DNA of 64,000 bases from the IMG/VR virus record IMGVR_UViG_3300025585_000039, positions 16,004-80,003 of that record. One strand, 5' to 3'. This document shows positions 57,247 through 64,000 of this stretch, piece by piece (the stretch's first letter is position 1; each line of letters begins with the position of its first letter). Source of the stretch: a virus. Below the pieces are notes generated by a model, which did not search any database, was not told the DNA's origin, and was given only the letters and a program-made list of their open reading frames with translations. Made by a program: the position numbers and the translations under genes.

Positions 57247-58389
57247 TTATGCATCTGCAGCAGCGTCTGCCCATGCAATAGCGTCTTCTTCTTCCCATTG
57301 AATACCGAAGCGGACGAATACTGTGTATTCAATTGTGTCCTTCTTCGCCTTGTATTCACGGTTAACGACGATATCACGTTGGAAGCCCCAAACACGGTTC
57401 TGAGGGAATGTCAAATCGACATAACCTGCAGGATAGTAAGGAACTTCTTGAACATCGATACCTAGAACACGAGTTGTACGTGCTCCACCGAATGTCTGTG
57501 CAGAACCATCAAGGTATGCTTGACGATTTGCAGATGTACCAGCAACACGGTTACCCATTGCTTCAGCAATTGCATCAGCGAGAGTTCCGTTATGCTTGAC
57601 GATACCTGCGAACACGTCTGTACCTGCATAGAACTTAAGATTATTCTTAAGTGCACGATACTTACGTGGCATAGCAAGGATAATGTTTTGCATTACCTCT
57701 GGTGTCCAAGCGTTGTCAGCAACTGTAACAACTGATTCGTGTGAATCTCCGTTGTCTTGATGCTTCTTAACAAAGCCCTTCATAATAGAAAGGAAGTTAC
57801 CTGTTGAACCATCACCATTGATAGCGAGATCTTCGATATCGTTAGCAAATGCGTTTGTCATAAGACGAACGAGATGGTCTTCAAGTGCAGCCCCCTCAAT
57901 ATTATCTTCGAGTGCTTCAGCAGAAACTTCCCAATCGAGACGAATCTTCTTTGTAGTAAGTTCTACCTTGCTGAATGTTGCACCAGTATTTGTGTAATCG
58001 CCAACACCTTGAGCAGCAGCACGAATAACACGCTCACCAACGTTAACTTTTTCAAGTTCCATGGTGTTTGCTCTCATTGTGACACGACGACCGTCTTGGG
58101 CGAGAACAGTAGCATCCCATACATAATCGATGAAACGCTGTGCTTGTTCAGGGCGGAGAATTCCGCTTCCAGCCTCACCCGAAGGATTTACTGCGTTAGG
58201 ACCTGTGGTCAAACCCAAATTTGCATTTGGAATATTACCAAGGACACCGCCTGTAGCATAGTTACCAGGAATATTGGAACCTGCTTCAGATCCTGAAGCA
58301 AATCCACCTTGTGACTGGTAAAGACCTGGTGTTGTCCCACCTAGTTCTCCAGACTCTCCTGGTTGATTTTTAATTAACTCTTCCGACAT
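57247..58389 (-). CDS. major capsid protein (HK97 fold)
   Basis: GILRPEQAQRFID, LEDNIEG, FANDIEDLAINGD; SD GGAGGTG. Confidence 0.92.
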   Translation of the reverse strand: MSEELIKNQPGESGELGGTTPGLYQSQGGFASGSEAGSNIPGNYATGGVLGNIPNANLGLTTGPNAVNPSGEAGSGILRPEQAQRFIDYVWDATVLAQDGRRVTMRANTMELEKVNVGERVIRAAAQGVGDYTNTGATFSKVELTTKKIRLDWEVSAEALEDNIEGAALEDHLVRLMTNAFANDIEDLAINGDGSTGNFLSIMKGFVKKHQDNGDSHESVVTVADNAWTPEVMQNIILAMPRKYRALKNNLKFYAGTDVFAGIVKHNGTLADAIAEAMGNRVAGTSANRQAYLDGSAQTFGGARTTRVLGIDVQEVPYYPAGYVDLTFPQNRVWGFQRDIVVNREYKAKKDTIEYTVFVRFGIQWEEEDAIAWADAAADA

Positions 58390-58416
58390 ATTGTCACCTC
58401 CAAGTTTTCTTTTTAC

Positions 58417-59769
58417 CTATTTAAATAAGTCGGCTGTTTTGAGGAAACGTCCGCCCCATAAGGATTTTTCAACCATTTCTGGTTGATCCTGCACGATCTC
58501 GCCTAGATCGCCAGACTTTCGGAATGCCGTATCTGCTTCTACTGCGTCCACACGCTTTCCAAATCTATTAATTACTTCAGATGTTGCAGCGATGTCTTTG
58601 GCGACTGCTTCAAGTGAAGATTTTACTGCATCTGTATCGACCTTTGTAGACTTAAGCATTTCTACTTCTGCCTGCAAAGCCTTTACAGTTGTAACAAGAT
58701 CGCTAAAGGCTGATGTAAGTGTATTTTTAACATCTGCAATTGCATCAACAATTGCCTCGTCTGACTTCTTTGCCTTATTCTCCTCGTCCATTTCAGCATT
58801 AGGACCTTCCTTAGAATCTTCTTCTTCGGTTTCCTTATCTGGATGTGCAGCCTTTTCAGTTTCTTCATCATCTTTTGGCTTTTCAGTATTTTCTGATTCC
58901 ATTGATGCTGCTTTTTCTGTTTCGACCACAGGAGTTTCTTCGGCAACAGCCTCTGGAGCAATCTCTTCTGACTTTGTAACTTCGACTGTTTCTTCAACAG
59001 CCTTTGCTTTTTTGGTCATAGGATTTACCTCCTCTATGGTCTTAGTATCAATGCCTTTAGCACTATCTACTAAGAATTTAACTATATTCATTTTTTCGTT
59101 GTCTTCTTTTTCAACGAAACCTATATTTTCCATCTGATCGCCACTAACTGGACTTACAACAGATTCTTGATCTGAAATCATAACTAATCCAGATTCTTTA
59201 TCATAAAAAACATTTTCTAATTCAACGTCTGCACCCTTTACAACATCTACTCCATCTACCTTTTCAACAGATACAATGTTTGCAAATTGATTTGCTGGGG
59301 AATCTACAAGACTCAACTCAACAAGATCATAATCCTTAATAATTCTAATTGTAGAATCTGATTTCTCATCATAACCATCATCCCATTTATTCATACGTCC
59401 ACCAATTGAAAATCCTGTTAGTGTACCGTCCAAAACTTTTTCCCATGTATCTTGTGCACCTTTAGAAACATATGCAGATACAAAAACACCAGAATAAAAC
59501 TTTTTTGTATTTGGATCAAAATATTTATCTGCTTTAAAATTAACCATCTTACCTACTGCAAGAGGTTGATGCATTTCACGAATGTTTCCACGGAAATTAC
59601 TAAATGCTTTCATTGATGCTTCTGATGTAACAATATCGCCTTGCTTATCTAAATTATCTAGTGAAGCAAAGCCAGAAACAATGCGTCTTTCCTTGTCCAC
59701 CTTAGAAAGTGGTAAGGAAAGCCTTAACGAGTCGCCATCAGTATTCCAATGGGCTTTGGATATAGTCAT
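58417..59769 (-). CDS. prohead protease fused to an acidic scaffold/coiled-coil region
   Basis: DKQGD, REMH, GFSIGG, ELSLVDSPAN; acidic C-half. Confidence 0.9.
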   Translation of the reverse strand: MTISKAHWNTDGDSLRLSLPLSKVDKERRIVSGFASLDNLDKQGDIVTSEASMKAFSNFRGNIREMHQPLAVGKMVNFKADKYFDPNTKKFYSGVFVSAYVSKGAQDTWEKVLDGTLTGFSIGGRMNKWDDGYDEKSDSTIRIIKDYDLVELSLVDSPANQFANIVSVEKVDGVDVVKGADVELENVFYDKESGLVMISDQESVVSPVSGDQMENIGFVEKEDNEKMNIVKFLVDSAKGIDTKTIEEVNPMTKKAKAVEETVEVTKSEEIAPEAVAEETPVVETEKAASMESENTEKPKDDEETEKAAHPDKETEEEDSKEGPNAEMDEENKAKKSDEAIVDAIADVKNTLTSAFSDLVTTVKALQAEVEMLKSTKVDTDAVKSSLEAVAKDIAATSEVINRFGKRVDAVEADTAFRKSGDLGEIVQDQPEMVEKSLWGGRFLKTADLFK

Positions 59770-59790
59770 GTTAAATATATTATAGAGCCT

Positions 59791-59824
59791 TTTTTCACAT
59801 ACTTGTGAATAAACCTGTGGATAA
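59791..59824. promoter_or_regulatory. cluster of three DnaA-box matches
   Basis: TTTTTCACA (59791-99), TGTGAATAA (59804-12), TGTGGATAA (59816-24), each matching TTWTNCACA on one strand. Confidence 0.55.
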
Positions 59825-59825
59825 C

Positions 59826-61415
59826 CTATTGAGAAGATCTACCCTCGCCTTTTGGATTCCGTCCACTAATTGTGGCTGGACCATCAGATTGGTTGTTTAG
59901 TCGCTCCCCATCCCTTGCTCTTTGCACATTATCTGCTGGCTTTGGCTGGAAAGGCTCATCTCCTCCTTCCCGTTGAGGAAGTCCAAGTGTCTGTCTTGCC
60001 TCATTTGGAAGCATAACTTGAGTCTTTATATATCTTTCAATGATCTGTGACTGAGCAATTTCATCAGTCAGAGTTAATTCCTTAAACTTCAGCAATAAGA
60101 TATCTGTCTTTTCTTTGATAATCTTATTTAGAGTTTTTTCTAATTCCTTTTGTGCTGGTCTTGCAACCTGTTCTTTAAAGGTTCTATCTTGTGCAAGTGC
60201 TGCAGCAAGTCCGCCTGCTTCTCCTCCACCAATTTTAGAAAGTGGAACTTGGTGAGCAATTAAAATATCATCACGATTTTGTTTACGATATCTTTCAAAT
60301 GAACCTTCTTGTACACCGTTTTCAATTGGCTCCATCTTAAATTCAACTTTATTTTGATCCGTATCTCCTGGAAGTGGAATATAAAGTGTTCTGTGTGATT
60401 GTCCTTTAAGATTGGTTTGTAAAAATCTAAACATTTTATCTTCAGCATCAGATGATAGTCTTGCACCCTTAAGTGTAATAACATAACGTGGTACAGCCTT
60501 GTTACTGAAATAATCAATATTATATTGTGAGGCTAATTGATCACCATAAAGTGAATTAATTGCTGACATAATATCTGGAACACCATAAAATGTATTTAGT
60601 GGTGAATACTGTTTAAAATGAATAATCTCATTTGGTCTTGGATCATCTGTAATTGGATTTGGATTGTTTGCGCCAAAGTTTCTAAAGTAAACAACCTTCT
60701 GTCCAATAATTTGAACATAACCATCACGTAGTCTGCGAACACGCATTGTGGTTGCTGGAATGTGGCCTACATAACCAATTTGTCCAGATGTTGTTCTACC
60801 TACTTCAAGATAACCATTTCCGATTGCCTGCATATCTGTATATACCTTGGTCATTGTAGTTGTAAAAGAATCATCATCATTTAATGATTCAATCCAAGCA
60901 TGCATTTCAATCTTTGCTCTTTCAATTCTATTTCTTGCCCTATCAACCTGTCCAGAGTCTGAGTTTGATTCTAGTTTAAGCATTGTGCTTGGAGATAGTT
61001 CAAAATCATATCCAAGACCAACAACATTTTCTACCTTTGCATCAATAGCAGCATGGTTAGCAAATGAAGTATCGTAGAAGTTTGCTAATTCATAAACATT
61101 CCATGGTGGAGTAATAACATCAAAAAGTCCATATGCATTTCTGTATACTGTTCCAGGATTAATTTCTTTTGAACGTGCACCATCAATACCGCTTTGATTT
61201 GCTCTTGCACTATCCATGTAGCCTTGCATATTATCTGGTGCTAAAGACTTTTCTGCAATTCTGTTTGTGCGACGCTTAAAATTATTTCCCAAACCAGAAT
61301 ATGTTTTTAGTTCAGACCAAACCTTGTTGAATGGATCTTCTTGTTTAAACTGATCCAAGAAACTAGATGGTGTGTCTATATTCGCATTAATAAAAATCTG
61401 ATCTTCGTTTGACAT
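59826..61415 (-). CDS. portal protein
   Basis: GNGYLE, EIIHF, FYGVP, YN..YF.N.A.P, PNEARQ.LGLP. Confidence 0.93.
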   Translation of the reverse strand: MSNEDQIFINANIDTPSSFLDQFKQEDPFNKVWSELKTYSGLGNNFKRRTNRIAEKSLAPDNMQGYMDSARANQSGIDGARSKEINPGTVYRNAYGLFDVITPPWNVYELANFYDTSFANHAAIDAKVENVVGLGYDFELSPSTMLKLESNSDSGQVDRARNRIERAKIEMHAWIESLNDDDSFTTTMTKVYTDMQAIGNGYLEVGRTTSGQIGYVGHIPATTMRVRRLRDGYVQIIGQKVVYFRNFGANNPNPITDDPRPNEIIHFKQYSPLNTFYGVPDIMSAINSLYGDQLASQYNIDYFSNKAVPRYVITLKGARLSSDAEDKMFRFLQTNLKGQSHRTLYIPLPGDTDQNKVEFKMEPIENGVQEGSFERYRKQNRDDILIAHQVPLSKIGGGEAGGLAAALAQDRTFKEQVARPAQKELEKTLNKIIKEKTDILLLKFKELTLTDEIAQSQIIERYIKTQVMLPNEARQTLGLPQREGGDEPFQPKPADNVQRARDGERLNNQSDGPATISGRNPKGEGRSSQ

Positions 61416-61819
61416 TAGTCTGTTGCTCCATATTTTGCAATTGTGTCTTTTGCTGCTTGAACAGCACCTAAATCGTTAAGGTTAGGAATTAGTCCTTCTG
61501 CCATTCTTTGTTTTTGTTCAGAGTATTCTTCATCGGTTACCCTTCCCAATCCAGCAAAGAAGTATGGTTCTCCATCTGGCTCACCGTAGTATGCTGCTGC
61601 CTGCTTTAATTTAGCGATCTGAGCAATATCACCCTTCATAGATGGAATGTTTAGGATGTTACCCTCTCCATCAGTAAACCATTTGCCGTTTGCCCTCTTC
61701 CAAACATAAAGACCCCAGTCATAGTTCTTTTCAATTAAAGTAACCTTGGTATCACCAATTTGACCAGGCATTCTTGGTTTTCCGTCTTTACCAAAAGGGG
61801 CATTGTTTTTGTTTTTCAT
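61415..61819 (-). CDS. hypothetical protein
   Basis: ORF; ATG 7 nt after TGGTATACT (61827..61835). Confidence 0.7.
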   Translation of the reverse strand: MKNKNNAPFGKDGKPRMPGQIGDTKVTLIEKNYDWGLYVWKRANGKWFTDGEGNILNIPSMKGDIAQIAKLKQAAAYYGEPDGEPYFFAGLGRVTDEEYSEQKQRMAEGLIPNLNDLGAVQAAKDTIAKYGATD

Positions 61820-61837
61820 AACCACCAGTATACCATA

Positions 61838-64000
61838 CTATACTGCGTTGATGACTTTAGACTGCCATGTTACATCTGTATTGAAGTTATATTCATAGTT
61901 GTCAAACATTAAAAGCCTTTCATCATCAATAATTATCTTATTAGTACCAGCAAAGGCATCGTAAATATTTTTTGGATTTACGCCATAATAACTTGTGGTA
62001 GATAGGATTAGTACGTTATTCCAGTTACCAGCGTCAACCCAATACTCCCAATCCTGAACTGAGGATCCACTGTTGAGAACCTGGAACCATTGACGCTTGA
62101 CGACAGTCTTTACTTCCTGAAGGGTTGTAGACTGATAATACGATATATTACTAAATACAAGTGGTCCAACTAGGTTTAACTCACCAGTGTAGTTTGTATA
62201 ATCAATGATGTTGGCAAACGATATTCCCAAAACAGACCATTCTTTTACAGTTATAACGGGGTTCTTAACCAATTTTCCATTTATATAAAATGCTATACCG
62301 TTTTCCAGTCTTCCAGTGTCTGAGTTAATTGCATAAATTTTTGCACGTCTACCGTCTGGACTATCTGCAACCATATAAAAATTCAAAGAACTATTGCGTC
62401 CATATATATTAAATATTGGAGTTGGGGCATATGGGAAAAAGTCTTTATCATATTTAAGGAATACCTGCATAGCCATAACCTGATAGTCAGATGCCTTACT
62501 TGAATTAATCTTAATAGAAAGACCTCTATCAATTTGTGGATTATATGTGCCCTTAATCTCAAAGCCACTATTTCTACTTAGATATAAGTATGGCATGCTC
62601 TTTTTATAAATGGTGTATGGATTTGTATGCTTATAATTATAATAAAATCCATCTTTGGTATATGGATAAACATCAGTACCGAACCTTGTACCAATTGGAG
62701 TCAACTGGTTTGCGTTTAGTGCTTGTGATGCCAACTGCAATGATCTCACCTTAACTGGATTAAATCTAACTCCATTAACTACAAACTCTAAGTGTAAGAC
62801 AATAGATAGGTCATTAAAGTCTACTAGTGTTGGTGGATAGATAACCATATTATCTACCACTTCATATTTAGTGTGTTGCCAATCAGAGCCAGGAATTACT
62901 ACTCCATTCTTTGTGGCATTTTCAATACGAGTAAAATAACCAGGCTGAGCATTTGCACCAGTTTTAGTATATTGGAAAGTGATATAGGATCTTACCAAAG
63001 AATTAGAGGTATCGTATAGGTAATTCTTTATAGATCTTTGTGCTAAATCATCATAATTATCATAATTAGTATATAGGTGATTATCTAATAAAGCATATGT
63101 CTTTTGAGTTGGTTTTTCATACTCAGATTTTAGTTCTGCATAGTTCCAAGTGCCCGTGGTTTCTGATTCTGTATATTTAGATGGTGCAGGATAGTCAATA
63201 TTAAATTGAATAAAATCCAGACCGTATACCGTCGACCCATCATCTGCTACTATATTTTTACCAAAATATGTAAGCGGAAGATTATCTTCCCAATATCCAG
63301 TTGTAGCAATGTCTGGAATTAGTTTGTCAAATATCTTTTCAAAAATTAGTGTGTGGCTTGCTATATGATCAACTAGACGCTGTACTGAAAAATCTGATGG
63401 CGTACCGCCACTTAATAAATATTGCCAAAATGTTACATTGTCTCCAAAATATGAATCACCAGAATCTATTGGTGTTACGCCATCAAAGTATTCAAAGACA
63501 TCTTCATAGTCATAAGGAACACCCTTAAAGTTAAGTCCTAAATCAACATTGCTAATATTTCTAGCAGTTGTAAAACCAACTTTGTAGATATTACCAGTAA
63601 AAGTATTTGATAGTTCTTTTGTACCACCAATATAAACGTTTAATTGATTTTTGTTTCCAAAAAACGATAATAGATTTTTTCCATAGTAGTTAGCAAAATC
63701 ATCAATGTTTATACCTGCTGCAAATATTGTTCCAACTTCAACCCCTGGAGATGAATAGATAACTTTTGTGGTTCCAGAATATTTTAATATATAATCAATT
63801 CTATGATCTTGTGCCTCAATGGAAAAATAGTTATTATTGGTCGAATCTTCTACCCTAATCAATACCTGCGGTATACCAGTGATTGCCTCTTTAATTTTAA
63901 AAATACCATAAAATGCTTTTGTCTCTTCAGAGATCATATTTAGTTTATTATAATAAATATATGCATTAGTATTATCCCAAGAAGAATTTGGTCTAAATGT
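61838..64000 (-). CDS. large virion-associated beta-rich (LamG-like) protein, 5'-partial
   Basis: Frame is open to the window edge (...TFRPNSSWDNTNAYIYYNKLNMISEE...); rich in Y/N/F/T. Confidence 0.6.
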   Translation of the reverse strand, partial: TFRPNSSWDNTNAYIYYNKLNMISEETKAFYGIFKIKEAITGIPQVLIRVEDSTNNNYFSIEAQDHRIDYILKYSGTTKVIYSSPGVEVGTIFAAGINIDDFANYYGKNLLSFFGNKNQLNVYIGGTKELSNTFTGNIYKVGFTTARNISNVDLGLNFKGVPYDYEDVFEYFDGVTPIDSGDSYFGDNVTFWQYLLSGGTPSDFSVQRLVDHIASHTLIFEKIFDKLIPDIATTGYWEDNLPLTYFGKNIVADDGSTVYGLDFIQFNIDYPAPSKYTESETTGTWNYAELKSEYEKPTQKTYALLDNHLYTNYDNYDDLAQRSIKNYLYDTSNSLVRSYITFQYTKTGANAQPGYFTRIENATKNGVVIPGSDWQHTKYEVVDNMVIYPPTLVDFNDLSIVLHLEFVVNGVRFNPVKVRSLQLASQALNANQLTPIGTRFGTDVYPYTKDGFYYNYKHTNPYTIYKKSMPYLYLSRNSGFEIKGTYNPQIDRGLSIKINSSKASDYQVMAMQVFLKYDKDFFPYAPTPIFNIYGRNSSLNFYMVADSPDGRRAKIYAINSDTGRLENGIAFYINGKLVKNPVITVKEWSVLGISFANIIDYTNYTGELNLVGPLVFSNISYYQSTTLQEVKTVVKRQWFQVLNSGSSVQDWEYWVDAGNWNNVLILSTTSYYGVNPKNIYDAFAGTNKIIIDDERLLMFDNYEYNFNTDVTWQSKVINAV

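Noticed and set aside
1-64000. Stop-codon reassignment, inteins or introns
   Set aside because: Genes tile densely under the standard code; DnaE, DnaB, RecA and TerL are of normal length and uninterrupted; no suppressor tRNA

Overview
A 64 kb segment of a large, AT-rich (about 35% GC by eye) tailed dsDNA phage, probably a siphovirus. The host is probably an actinobacterium, likely a freshwater type, judging from whiB, a DUF7455-like Cys/His protein, an S-layer-like secreted protein, extended -10 promoters and leaderless genes. Essentially every gene is on the minus strand. In transcription order (right to left) the window holds: a partial large virion protein; portal, prohead protease/scaffold, HK97-type capsid, neck genes, major tail protein, two paralogous tail chaperones, a 2391-aa tape measure protein and tail-tip genes; a replication and recombination block (DnaB, primase, SSB, DnaE, MazG-like, RecA, Cas4-like exonuclease, RuvC-like resolvase); the terminase; a secreted/surface module (S-layer-like, PA14 plus Pro/Thr-rich protein, DUF885, S8-like); five tRNAs with a structured spacer of about 110 nt between two of them; and an accessory modification region (many 2OG-Fe(II) oxygenases, GT60-like glycosyltransferase, carbamoyltransferase, APS kinase/nucleotidyltransferase fusion, endolysin, SNase, WhiB). 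The most notable observations are the tRNA-embedded candidate ncRNA, a candidate hydroxylate-glycosylate-carbamoylate pathway, a miniature PAPS-synthase-like fusion, tail chaperone G/GT supplied by gene duplication instead of frameshifting, three DnaA boxes inside the head operon, and a probable ATA start codon. All protein calls come from recognising motifs by eye; no database search was run.
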